Source: Octopus sinensis (lineage: Eukaryota). Taken from it: DNA of 64,000 nucleotides. The notes beneath the pieces are model-generated. The model was not told the origin of the DNA, made no database searches, and saw nothing but the letters and a program-made list of their open reading frames with translations. The translations under genes and the position numbers were made by a program. This document shows positions 36,867 to 49,749 of the stretch, piece after piece (the first letter of the stretch is position 1; each line of letters opens with the position of its first letter). Location of the stretch: positions 32,500,464-32,564,463 of the forward strand of contig NC_043011.1 of NCBI RefSeq assembly GCF_006345805.1, in the 5' to 3' direction.

Positions 36867-37494
36867 TATTATTATAATATATATATATAATATTGTCTGC
36901 TACGGTCACCGGAACTGCCGGATCATGTTGTTTCGACATACTGCGTCTCTTTCGTCGGAGCCGTCCGATAGCCGTACACCAGCCAAATCTCACTGCTAAG
37001 GATATATAGAAGAATTCCACTGACGTTTCAGGCACTGATGTCGCAACAGCCAACTGGCTTATTAAAAAAATGATTGTTAGCAACAGGAGCTGTATTAATC
37101 AACTAAATGTAGGTGTTTTATTATAGCGGCGAATATTTCTATATTTCTATATTCATCTTGAGGAGACCTCTCATATGGACGGATGTTGCACCATGGTTTA
37201 TTAAGTTTGAAAATATAAATAAACTTGAGAGTTAAAACTAAGGATCAGTTCTTGGCTAATCCCAAAATGTCTCCCAGTCTCCGTCTCAAGCACTTCATTC
37301 AAATCTTTCTTTTTAATGTCTGGAAATTTCCTGCTGCCAAGTTTTTCCACTCTAACCAATCTGTAGAAGCTGAAACAGATGATGAGCTGCATCAGTTTTC
37401 CTAACATGAGAGAATGGAAGAGATTGAATTCGTCGTCAGAGTAAATAATTCTTTCTATTTTTGCCATAAAACCAGCCATTTCAGGGGAAGGGCA

Positions 37495-38345
37495 AGTCAA
37501 TTATATCGACCCCAGTGCTTACTTTATCGACCCCGAAAGGATAAAGGGCAAAATTAACGTTGGTGGTATTTGAACTACGAACGTGAGGAGTCGGAAGAAA
37601 TACCTATTTCTTTATTACCCACAAGGGGCTAAACATAGAGGGGACAAGCAAGGACAGACAAACGGATTAAGTCGATTATATCGACCCCAGTGCGTAACTG
37701 GTACTTATTTAATCGACCTCGAAAGGATGAAAGGCAAAGTCGACCTCGGCGGAATTTGAACTCAGAACGTAATGGCAGACGAAATACGGCTACGCATTTC
37801 GCCCGGCGTGGTAACGTTTCTGCCAGCTCGCCGCCTGCTCGCCGGAAGAAATACCTATTTCTATTTCTTTACTACCCACAAGGGGCTAAACACAGAGGGG
37901 ACAAACAAGGACAGACAGACGGATTAAGTCGATTATGTCGACCCCAGTGCGTAACTGGTACTTATTTAATCGACCTCGAAAGGATGAAAGGCAAAGTCGA
38001 CCTCGGCGGAATTTAAACTTAGAACGTAGCGGAAGACGAAATACCTATTTCTATTTCTTTACTACCCACAAGGGGCTAAACACAGCAGGGACAAACAAGG
38101 ACAGACAGACGGATTAAGTCGATTATATCGACCCCAGTGCGTAACTGGTACTTATTTAATCGACCTCGAAAGGATGAAAGGCAAAGTCGAACTCGGTGGA
38201 ATTTGAACTCAGAACGTAACGGCAGACGAAATACGGCTACGCATTTCGCCCGGCGTGGTAACGTTTCTGCCAGCTCGCCGCCTGCTCGCCGGAAGAAATA
38301 CCGCTAAGCAGTTTGTCCGACGCGCTAGCGATTCTGCCACCAGTT
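37495..38345 (-). mobile_element. Nested SINE B insertions inside an older SINE B
   Basis: Units 37604-37835 and 37855-38282 (dimer); direct repeats at 37592-37603, 37836-37854 and 38283-38301. Confidence 0.88.
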
Positions 38346-38761
38346 GACCACCTTGATAATGATACTAATAAAAGGGGGTTCAAGTTTTGGCACAAGTCCA
38401 GTAATTTTAGTTGCCAATACATCGATCCCAATACTTGTTTTTACCAATCTCGAAAGGGAAAGTCGATCTCAAAGGGATTTGAACTGAAAACATAAAGAAC
38501 CAGAAAAAATGCTGTCAAGAAATTTGTCCGACGTGTTAACGATTCTGCCAGCTCGGCACCTTAATAATAACCTTTTCTAATATAGGCACAAGGCCTAGGA
38601 TTTCGGGGTCGGGGTTACCAGTGTGCAACTGATACTTATTTCATGGACCTTAAAAGAATGAAAGGTAACGTCATTGGAACTTAGAACGTTAAAGATGGAC
38701 GTAATATTGCTAAGCAATTTGTCAGGCGTGCTAACGATTCTGCCTGATCACTGCCTTAATA

Positions 38762-38798
<37 letters not shown>

Positions 38799-38810
38799 TA
38801 TAATAATAAT

Positions 38811-38858
<48 letters not shown>

Positions 38859-38873
38859 AATAATAATAATAAT

Positions 38874-38912
<39 letters not shown>

Positions 38913-39115
38913 CAGAATCTTTCTACTATAGGCACAACTACAATAACAACAATAATAATAATCTTTCCTACTATAGGCACAAGGCCAGCAATTTTGAAGG
39001 AGGGGTTAAGTTGATTACACCAGCCTCCAGTTCGCAACTGGTACTTATTTATCAACCCTGAAAGGATGAAGTCAACCTTGGCGGTAATTTGAACTCTAAA
39101 CATAAAGAACCGGAA
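38345..39115 (-). mobile_element. Older SINE B subfamily units with (ATT)n tails
   Basis: Repeated CCGACG(C/T)G(C/T)TA(G/A)CGATTCTGCC head remnants; tail TGTGCCTATAGTAGAAAG next to (TAA)n/(ACA)n at 38757-38960. Confidence 0.7.
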
Positions 39116-39773
39116 CATCGGAATAAATAGTAGAAATAAAATATTTTTTGCATAAGTATTACTGCAGTGTCATTTCCTCTGTGAGTCCCAACGTTCACGG
39201 ATATAACCTAGATTTGCAGCATAATATAATTTAGGCAACTACGAGTTCAATACCAAAGTAGGTTAATATCAATCCAAGTCGATAAACGCTAGCGAAATCT
39301 ATCACTCGAACAAGAATCCCACCATTAACGGTTTCCCATCCTATCCACGTTGTAATCCACGGGTTCCCAACCTTATCTTTCTTGTGGACCCCTGAGAGCT
39401 ATCTTACCATCTGTGGACCCCATATATGCACATGCAAATTTTTGAAATAAAATATTTGTTTGTAGGTTAGTAAAAACTAACAATGAAACAATTTCGTTAT
39501 ATTCATAACTTAAATTCCAAATACAAATCTTGAGAGTTTCAATAAATACAGGTACCTCTTCTAGTAAACAAAGTTTATATATGGACCCACAAATTACAAG
39601 TACTAGGCTTCAAAGAATAAGTCCTGGGGTCGATTTGTTTGACTAAAGGTGGTGCTCCAGCATGGCCGCAGTTAAGATGACTGAAACAAGTAAAAAATAT
39701 ATATATGTATGATGTATGTGTGTGTGTGTGTTAGGTGATGCAAACAGGAAAATAGATTTCAAGACTGTATATA

Positions 39774-39907
<134 letters not shown>

Positions 39908-40619
39908 TACCATTAATAATCAGCAGAGGTTCCAGAGTTACTCAAGGGCTGAAAGTTTCGTGCATTGGCACTTATCAAACTGGTTTCAAATCAAGGGGAT
40001 GACTCTTATAAACGGGTGATAATTATATTTCTCTGGATTGTTCTGGAACAAATTATAAAAAATATTGCAGTGTCACGTGGATAATACATATTTTTCAAAT
40101 TGCTTGTTACGCGGTTCAATAATGAATATATATATATTTACACACACTTTACATAGATATCTTGTTTAGTAGCATATAAATTTTATTTTGCATTGCAAAT
40201 TTCTGAGAAAAGATAATTCTCATTCCACGTTTAAAAAAGGAAAAGCCACACAAATTAATGTACCAAACAAAATAACGAACAGAATTCCTCACGTTTAAAA
40301 TCATACTGCAAAATCATAAGTACTTTCTTTCACAACACATTTAATCAAATTAATAAAAACAATATGTAGCATATACATACACTACGAAGCCTATAAACTC
40401 AATGGCAATTTCTACGAGATTTCACAAACGTAAATACACACATTTTCAAACATAATGCACCCACTTTTAAGAATATCAACTTGCCTGGTCTTTAATATTC
40501 GATGACGTATTGGGAAAGCGTTCTGTTTCGAACTGGACGGAACTGCATTGTATCATAACATGCATGGTACTAGAACAAGGACCCAGTATTGTAACAGCTT
40601 GGGTTTCAAGGATTCACAA

Positions 40620-40862
40620 CTCTTTTACTCTTTTACTCTTCTACTTGTTTCAGTCTTTTTGAATCTGGCCATGCTGGAGCATCGCCTTTTAGTCGAGCAA
40701 AACGACCCCAGGACTTATTCTTCGTAAGCCTAATACTTATTCTATCGGTCTCTTTTGCCGAACCGCTAAGTTACAGGGACGTAAACACACCAGCATCGGT
40801 TGTCAAGCGATGTTGGGGGAGACAAACACAGACACACGAACACACATACGTACGCACACACG

Positions 40863-40894
<32 letters not shown>

Positions 40895-40906
40895 CACACA
40901 CACATA

Positions 40907-40939
<33 letters not shown>

Positions 40940-41102
40940 CGACGGGCTTCTTTCAGTTTACATCTACCAAATCCACTCACAAGGCTTTGGTCGGCCCGAG
41001 GCTATAGTAGAAGACACTTGCCCAGGTGCCACGCAGTGGGACTGAACCCGGAACCATGTGGTTCGTAAGCAAGCTACTTACCACACAGCCACTCCTACAC
41101 CT
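40620..41102 (-). mobile_element. SINE A moiety of 5S-SINE composite 2
   Basis: Full-length SINE A; head abuts the 5S 3' end. Confidence 0.92.
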
Positions 41103-41112
41103 ATTTAGAAAG

Positions 41113-41232
41113 ACGTTTACAGCACCTAGGTTTCCCAAGCGGTCACCCATCTAAGTACTAACTAGGCTCGATGTTGCTTAACTTCGGTGATCGGACGAGA
41201 ACCGATGTTTTCAAAGTGATATGGTCGTAAAC
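41113..41232 (-). rRNA. 5S rRNA: Full-length 5S rRNA copy (probably retroposed)
   Basis: GTTTACGACCATATCACTTTGAAAACATCGGTTCTCGTCCGATCACCGAAGTTAAGCAACATCGAGCCTAGTTAGTACTTAGATGGGTGACCGCTTGGGAAACCTAGGTGCTGTAAAC; helix I and helix V pair; only TTT downstream. Confidence 0.93.
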
Positions 41233-42697
41233 TATTTAACATTCTACCAATACAACCTCAGAAATCTGCGAGGTGTAGATACGGAGGTCTTTAAAGAACT
41301 TATAGACAATTTTTTATCTGAGATTCCAAATGAGCTCACATCGCGGCAGAAGGCGCAAAGAAGAGCAGCTTCGTCCAACTCGCTGCTTCACCAAAAATGA
41401 TACAGAAAAGAAATCCAATAGCACTAAAAGCCGGTGCTCCAGAATGGCCTCAGCTTCTGGCTGAAACCAGTAAAATACAAAAAATAAAAGATAAAAGAAA
41501 AATTTCCTGAAAGGTAAAGAACATCTTCCCGTTTCCTCTCTTCATTTACACTATTATAGTGTATCCATGTCCAACTCGACGAGAGCTTTCAACCTTATAT
41601 CTTTATTTGAGCATTTCTTTACCAAGAAACACTTTTACGCGTAACGAGACGACGATGCATACTTTACGTTTAATTCTAGATCCACTGAAAGATAAAGAAT
41701 GTTTCCATGTTTCTTCACCTAATTTAGTCTGTTATCGTTTATACAGGATCCAGCTCAGCGAGTACTTTGAGTCTTACGTCTTTATTTGAGCACCTCTCTT
41801 CAAAGATATCTTTTTAAACGTCATGAAACGAAAACAAATTCTTTGGTTATGAAGATCAGTGACTGGATAAGAATCCATCTACAACAAAAGTCGATACTCG
41901 ATTCGTAAGCCATAAAACTAGCATCGTACTTGTTCGTAGATGACACAGTATGTTATCGACACGTTCAACACTATAACAATTTGTTTTTCAAATTTCATAA
42001 ACGCATTTCCAAACGATCAATTAAATTAAAACAAAGTACATTCAAAAGCTCTTATGACAATACTTTATACTCTCTCCATATAAGACCTCTTTATTTTTAT
42101 ATGAACGGGTCTTTATATGCTGCTGGTATAATCTATCTTCCGTGAGTCGATGAATCGCAATTTCGTCATCTCTGGGGTACCATCTTAAAGGATTTAGTCG
42201 AAAAAACATCGGCACTACATATTCTTAAGCCTGGTGCTAATTCTATCCGTCTCTTTTGCCGTAAACAAACCAAGACATCATCAAAGGGTGATAGGGGACA
42301 AATACAAACATGTTTATATGAAAGACTCTCATACAGTTTCCAGCTACAAAATTCTCTTACAAGGCATTGGTTGAATCGGAGTTACAGTAGCAGACATGTG
42401 CTCAAAGTGCTGAGTTGTGGGACTGAAACCAAAAGCACGTGGTTGCAAAACGAGATCCTTAACCACACACCCATGTTTGAGACTATATAACAGTCACGTA
42501 TTTTATTCTTGAAAAAACAACTTCGATAGGAATCGAACTCAGAAACTGATGGACAACACTAACAATGCCACGTTAATTACTCGAACGTTCTAAGTTCCCC
42601 AGTCATTCAAATCTCTTTCCGAATTCATGTAGTATTGGTGATGTTATGTGTTGCTTATTTTGGGGAGAATATAACAAGAATAGTAGTAGTAGTTATT

Positions 42698-42756
<59 letters not shown>

Positions 42757-42757
<1 letters not shown>

Positions 42758-43130
42758 AAATTCCTTCACAACCAATATACCGCTGTGAGTGCCACTATAT
42801 GTTGGACTCTGGTGATGATGCTATTCCACGTTTTCCGATCTACGGCGCTGGCCTTAGCATGCTCGAGGTCCAGTTGGAATGTTCCAGAAAACCACATGAA
42901 TTCCAGTCTTCGACATGAAAAGATGCTTGCTCCGGCCAATCGTCCGTTTCTCACCAGCACCCTGGCTCCCCAATGTCGTCCGATAATATCTTTACGGTTT
43001 CTTGTCTGGTTCGCCCAGTTTCCTGGTTCTGGCTACCTCAGCTGGACAACCACCCTTCTCCTTTTGCAGCCGGGCTTGGGACCATCCGTGGCGGCATTAA
43101 ACAAATGAACATCAGATTCGCAATGGTTTC
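42757..43130 (-). mobile_element. RTE-type LINE 3' remnant ending in the (ACT)n array at 42680-42756
   Basis: Minus frame ..QLDLEHAKASAVDRKTWNSIITRVQ.., similar to RTE ORF C-termini. Confidence 0.45.
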
Positions 43131-43505
43131 AACTAGAGATTAAAATTGCGTCCCGAGAGTTTTCCGTTCATTGAGGGCTAAAATTTTTTTGTCCATACAT
43201 CATCCTGAACGTACATCAATGATTTCTTCTATGGTTATTAGATGTTTCGGAACGGGTCTTTCAAACATCAGCCGCCCTCGCCAGCTCGACCCGGCCGGGG
43301 TTGATCAATCTCCAGTTTCTGCCTAGTCAGTACTACTCCTTATAGTACTGCTTCTTCCAGGGCCCTCGCGTTTTCACTCGTATGCACCTTGAGTGCCTAC
43401 AATTGTGTCCACTGAACCAATGAATAATGGCAAAAGTGTTGATATGACCACAATATGAACGTTCATTCTTTGACCCTGAAAGAGTGAGTGAGTGTGTGTG
43501 TGTGC

Positions 43506-43570
<65 letters not shown>

Positions 43571-44132
43571 ACAGAGAAAAGATTGAAACTAAATAATAAA
43601 TTTCCGGACTTTTACCTTTTGACCTACAGATTTAAAAAATAATTTTTTGTAGCTAAACACTTTCAAGCTTCGGACACTGGTAGAATGTGTCATATAAAAC
43701 ATCTTTTACTCTTAGCGTTTTTGAGAAAAGCTTATATTTAGGACGTTATTTTACGTTAAAGTTGTCGTATTTCGGTAATTTCAACCAATGAATGACGATT
43801 ATTCAGCTGAATAAAATTACTGCCGTTGTTTGTCAACAACAACTTTATTTTATTGAATCCAGAAGAATAAAACTCAAAACTGATCTCAGCAGGATTCGAA
43901 CCCAGTCCTTAAAGAGCGAGAAGATACAACGTAAAGCATTTTGTCCGACGCTCTATCGATTCGACCACGTTACCTTCTTCTGGAGTTGAATTATACAAGG
44001 TCTTTAAAGCGGCGAGCTGGGAGAATCTTTCGCACGCCGGTTAAAAATGATTTGCGGCATTTTGTCTTTCTTTACATTCTGAGTTCAAAATCCGCCGAGT
44101 TCGGATTTTGCCTTTCATCCTTTGTTCGACTA

Positions 44133-44527
44133 TAGCAGGAGTGTCTGTGTGCTAAGTAGCTTGCATACCAACTTCATAGTTCCGGGCTCAGTCCCACTGC
44201 GTAGCATCTTGGGCAAGTGTCTTCTACTGTAGTCTCGGGCCGAGCAAAGCCTTGTGAGTAGATTTGGTAGACGGAAACTAAGGAAGACCGTCGTATATAT
44301 ACATGTGTACATGTGTATACGTTGTGTGTCTGTGTTTTTCCCCCAACATCGCTTGACAACCGATGTTGGTGTGTTTATGTCCGCGTAAATCAGCGGTTCG
44401 GAAAAAAGAGACCGATAAAATAAGTACTAGGCTTACAAAGAGTAAGTTCTGGGGTCGATTTGTTCTATTAAAAGCGATGCTCCAGCATGGCCGCAGTCAA
44501 ATGACTGAAACAGATAAAAGAATAAAA
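44133..44527 (+). mobile_element. SINE A, full length
   Basis: ATAGCAGGAGTGTCTGTGTGCTAAG ... GACTGAAACAGATAAAAGAATAAAAGAAT. Confidence 0.87.
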
Positions 44528-44809
44528 GAATATATATTCATATTATATATATCTCTTTTTTCACTTGTTTCAGTCATTTGACCGTGGCCATGATGGAGCA
44601 CCACCTTTCAGTCGAGCAAATCGACCCCAGGACTTATTCTTTGTAATCTTAGTACTTATTCTATCGGTCTCTTTCGCCGAACCGCCAAGTTACGAGGACG
44701 TAAACACACCAGCATCGGTTGTCAAGCGATGTTAGGGGGGGGGACAAACACAGACACAAATATACGCACACACACACACACACATACATACATACATATA
44801 TATAAATAT

Positions 44810-44866
<57 letters not shown>

Positions 44867-44919
44867 CTGCATCTATGTATGTTTATATATATACAAACAT
44901 ATAAAAAATTCCTATATAT

Positions 44920-44988
<69 letters not shown>

Positions 44989-45299
44989 ATATACAACAAT
45001 ATAAACCCTCCAACACCCCTCCCCCCCTCAACATCACCACCCCATGTCCCTCCTTTACTGCTGTCTCTTACGCGAAGTCGCCCCTCGATGGTTCTCCTCA
45101 GTCCTCTACTCGGATTTGATCCCGAGTCCGGTACAATAATCTTCTACCTGTATCATCCGCTTCCCGTCCTTCCTCAACAAAACAACTAAATTTGTCACTC
45201 CAACCTTTTTAAACAACAACAACAACCGCAACAACGACAACAACAACTTTAAGTGGTAGGTTTTAAATTCACCGACGTAGTTAATAATAGCGATCTACT

Positions 45300-45520
45300 C
45301 GACAGAAAGAGAGGGTGGCGGGAAAAACGCGATAGACAGGTTTGGTGCGAAGAGGACGAGGAAGAGGGCAGAGGAGGAAGAGGAAGAATATAGGAATGAG
45401 GACGAGGATGAGGATGATAAGGAGGTGGAGGAGGAGGAGGAAGAGAAAGGGTAACAGGAATAGGTGGTGATGCCGTAGTGGAGTGAGGGTAGTACTGCTG
45501 GTGGTGGTGTTGGCGACTGC

Positions 45521-45554
<34 letters not shown>

Positions 45555-45674
45555 CTGATGATGATGATGGCACTGGAGGTAGTGTTGGTGGTGGTGTTGG
45601 TGGTGGTGGTGGTGGTGAGAGTGGTGATGATGACAATGGTGATAGAGTTGGTGGCCGGGGTGACAAGGCTGTTG

Positions 45675-45705
<31 letters not shown>

Positions 45706-46174
45706 CAGTGTTGGCGGTTGTAGTGTTGGTGGTAGTATTGGTTTTTGTTGGTATTGGTGTTAGTGGTGGTGGTGGTGGTGGTAGTAGTGGTGATGAAGTT
45801 GGGTTTGTTGTTGTTGTTGTTGGTAATGGTATTGGTGGTTGTGGTGGTGGTGATGTTGATGATAGTGTTAGTGTGGCGATGAAAATGGCGGTGGCGTTTG
45901 TGGGGTTGGTTGAAGATGGCGACGGAGGAGTTGGTGGTTTTCAGTGGTGTTGACAACAGTGATGGTAGTGATGGTGTGGCCGGGTGGTGGTGTGTGATAC
46001 AGTTGCCACAGCGGTATTTGTAGTGGTGTTAGTGGCGGTGGAACTGGTGTTGGTAGTTGTAGTAGTAGTAGTAGTAGTAGCAATAGTAGTAGCAGTGGTA
46101 GAAGTGGTTGTTAAAGTAGTGGTGGCGACGAGTGTTGGTGATAGATGTTGACAGTAATAGTGATGGTGGTGGTG
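45300..46174. repeat. Low-complexity (GAG)/(GAT)/(GGT)/(GTT)/(GTA) trinucleotide mosaic
   Basis: Direct reading; runs into the gap. Confidence 0.9.
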
Positions 46175-46274
46175 NNNNNNNNNNNNNNNNNNNNNNNNNN
46201 NNNNNNNNNNNNNNNNNNNNNNNNNNNNNNNNNNNNNNNNNNNNNNNNNNNNNNNNNNNNNNNNNNNNNNNNNN
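46175..46274. other. Assembly gap (100 N)
   Basis: Direct reading. Confidence 1.
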
Positions 46275-47047
46275 ACATACATATATAATATTTATACATA
46301 CACACACATATATATATATATACACGCTTATGTAGGTATGTATATGTACATATATATATATATATATATCTCTATATATATATACAAACATAATATATAT
46401 AATATATATATATTATATATATATATATATATATGCATGTATAATATATATACATACATACATATGTATGTATATACATACATACATACGAACATACGTA
46501 GTACATACATATGCATATAAATACACACACAACACACACACACACACCCTTTTATATTATTTTTTAAGTTGTTTATGCGGGGTTGGGCGCTCTTTTTAAT
46601 TAACTAAAGCACTTCCTCTTTAATGGTTTATGCTTTTCCATTTTAAAATTCATTTCCATTTCCAAAATTGGAATGAGGTGCTTCGCAACACTGGAGTGAA
46701 CTTGCGTTCAAATTCGTGTTACATGCGTTAAAATTAATCGTAACTGGCGGATTCGTTTAGGCTGTCACCCTACCCTATTGCCTGTCCGTCAACTGTTCAA
46801 AAACCGTTACTTTTCTTACGATGTGCCCAATACCAAGAGATTTCTTTGAAATGTCTGAGCAGGCCAAATGAGCTTAACTATAAATCAAAATTTGAGTAGT
46901 GTTAATATATTTAAATATTGGTGACCATAAAGTATAATGAAAAAATTCTAATTAGAAATTATTATGATACGAGGAAAAGAGAAAACTACGAGCTCATTGA
47001 ATATCATTTTAACCATAGCGGTAGGTACAGGAGATAACTGCGGACAT

Positions 47048-47513
47048 GTTAGTTAGTTAGTTAATTTTTGGCTCAAAAGCAAATAGCAAGGCCATGTAGG
47101 GGGACATGGAATTAAGTACAGGGTGGTGTTCATGTAAAGCGTTCAGGCCACTTGAGGTCAAGGGAGACTTTGAACAAAGCGGTCGTCGGCATCTTCACTA
47201 TCTCGTCTGGCAGCTTGTTCCACGGATCCGCAACCCGGACGGAGAAAGCTCCTCTCCTTCGATTGAGATGAAATCGTCGCAGGTAGAGCTTTTCGGAATG
47301 ACCTCGCAGCCGACACTCTGGAGCAGGAGTGAAGAACAGCTTTTTCGAGAGGTTACACTTTCCGCTTATGATGTTGTGAGCGAGAATGAGATCACCACGG
47401 CGGCGGCGTTTTTCTAGAGAATAAAGGTCGAGCGTCCTCAGCCTTTCTTCATAAGACAAATTTTTGAGACCATGAACCATCAGTCTTGACCAAATTGGAT
47501 AAACCTTGACCAT
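47048..47513 (-). mobile_element. CR1-type LINE 3' end with (TAAC)n tail
   Basis: ORF 47130..47513: LSYEERLRTLDLYSLEKRRRRGDLI..LRGHSEKL..FSVRVADPWNKLPDEIV..FKVSLD; + strand TTAGTTAGTTAGTTA at 47048. Confidence 0.92.
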
Positions 47514-48067
47514 GGTGCAGTAACTGATGTAACGATGAAAGAAATACTCTGTTGATGTACAATATTATACACGAGTAATCGGGGGGAATTTAGTATATTT
47601 CATGTTTTATCTGTTACTTGTCTGAATTATGGGGCCCCACCTCGTCGAAGGAATTTTAGACTTTAAAAAATGTCTGCTAACTTATTATATCGGACTGATT
47701 TGTCGAATAGCTAACTTGCGAACAGCTAAGATTTGATTTGTCGAATAGCTAAGTTACGAACAGTTAAGTTCGACTGATTTGTCGAACACCTAAGTTATGA
47801 GGACGTAAACAAACAAGCGCCGACTGTCATACGGTGGGCGAGGGAGAAATACAGGCACAAAAACACATACACATACACACACAGATAGACACACAAATAA
47901 ACGTATACACATACACCCACATATACTCAGGCATACACACACGCACACACACACACACACATACATATACTTTGTGGGTTGACAAGGCTACCAATGGTTT
48001 CATGTGAAGAGATCTTCACGATTGTTCAAGCATGCCACGCGGAAGTGTGGGTACTACTATTCATTAC

Positions 48068-48103
<36 letters not shown>

Positions 48104-48277
48104 AAATATATGTATACACACATATACATATACGCATGGATGTGTGTGTGTGTGTATATATAATATACATAAATACTCACATATTATATATATATATATA
48201 TATATATACTCATGCATATATATATACATACACTGGTATATGCTTGCATGTATATGTGTGTATGTGTGTGTGTGTGC

Positions 48278-48344
<67 letters not shown>

Positions 48345-48832
48345 CAGCAGTACAATAGTTGTTTTATCCCAAAACAATTCCGAACACAAATAAAACTAAT
48401 GATCAACGACCACCCTGAAACTGCATATTTACAAATCATTTTAAACAAACAAATATTTCTGTGTTCATAATTTTTTTATGATGCAATTTCATTTCCCGTA
48501 TGAAACTATTCTACCGTACTTAAATACCGTACTTAAAGAAACCAACGTGCATCGTGGACTACAATATCTACCCTATCTTTCCCTGACGATATGAGGGAGA
48601 CTTTGGCTGTGATTTCCAGTGAAAATGTTTTATCTGGAAGTTCTTCAATGATTTTCACCAACGATAGTAATAATTGTGTGATTAAGAATATCACTTTGCA
48701 ACAACAAGATTTGGAAGTTTCGTCCAAATACGCGGCATCCTTGCCAAGTATCTTTTACTGTAGCACCCAAGCCGGCCAATGTCTTGTGAGTGAATCTGGT
48801 TGACAGAAACTGTATATATATATACATTGTTT

Positions 48833-49250
48833 AGGTGGTGAGCTGGCAGAAACGTTAGCACGCCGGGCGAAATGCGTAGCCGTATTTCGTCTGCCGTTAG
48901 GTTCTGAGTTCAAATTCAGCCGAGGTCGACTTTGCCTTTCATTCTTTCAGGGTCGATTAAATAAGTACCAGTTACACACTGGGGTCGATATAATCGACTT
49001 AATCCGTTTGTCTGTCCTTGTTTGTTGCTTCTGTGTTTAGCCCCTTGTGGGCAGTAAAGAAATAGGTATTTTGTCTGCCGCTACGTTCTGAGTTCAAATT
49101 TCGCCGAGGTCGACTTAGCCTTTCATCCTTTCGGGGTCGATCAAATTAAGTACCACTTACGCACTGGGGTCGATGTAATCGACTTAATCCCTTTGTTTGT
49201 CCTTGTTTGTCCCCTCTATGTTTAGCTCCTTGGGGCAGTAAAAGAAATAA
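48833..49250 (+). mobile_element. SINE B dimer
   Basis: Second unit starts AAAGAAATAG|GTATTTTGTC near 49066. Confidence 0.9.
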
Positions 49251-49311
49251 AAAAAACTGTGTAGAAACTGAAAGAAGCCCGTTGTATCTGTCTGTCTGTC
49301 TCTTTCTCTCA

Positions 49312-49411
<100 letters not shown>

Positions 49412-49415
49412 TGAA

Positions 49416-49448
<33 letters not shown>

Positions 49449-49749
49449 TCCGTGTGTGTGTCCTTGTGTCTGTGTTTGTACCCTACCACCGCTGGACAAC
49501 CGGTGTTGGTGTGTTTACGTCTTGGTAACTTAGCTGTTCGGCAAGAGAGAACAATATAATAAGTATTAGGCTTTAAAAAATTAAGCACTGGGATCGATTC
49601 ATTCGACTAAAATTTCTTCAAGCCGGTGCCCCAGAATGGCCACAGTCGAAATACTGAAACAAGTAAAATGATATATAATTTTTTTTAATCTGTTACTAGT
49701 TTCAGTCATTAGGCTGCGGCCATGCTGGGATACAACTTTGAATAGTATA

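Larger units (their letters stand above)
40500..41495 (+). mobile_element. CR1/L2-group LINE 3' end, split by the 5S-SINE composite
   Basis: RTQYCNSLGFKDSQ (to 40620) continues in frame as LFNILP..LRNLRGVDTEVFKELIDNFLSEIPNELTSRQKAQRRAASSNSLLHQK* after 41232; tail GGTGCTCCAGAATGGCCTCAGCTTCTGGCTGAAACCAGTAAAA. Confidence 0.78.

Noticed and set aside
37201-37500. 99-aa ORF as a host exon
   Set aside because: An alternative frame gives MKCLRRRLG, reminiscent of RTE ORF2; more likely a decayed LINE, but too weak to annotate.
40455-40575. Possible minus-strand exon with a GC donor (CAG|GCAAGT)
   Set aside because: The region is better explained as the plus-strand LINE segment upstream of the 5S-SINE insertion.
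45249-45956. 235-aa His/Gln/Thr/Pro-rich ORF
   Set aside because: Pure trinucleotide mosaic open on both strands, next to a gap; no non-repetitive coding evidence.
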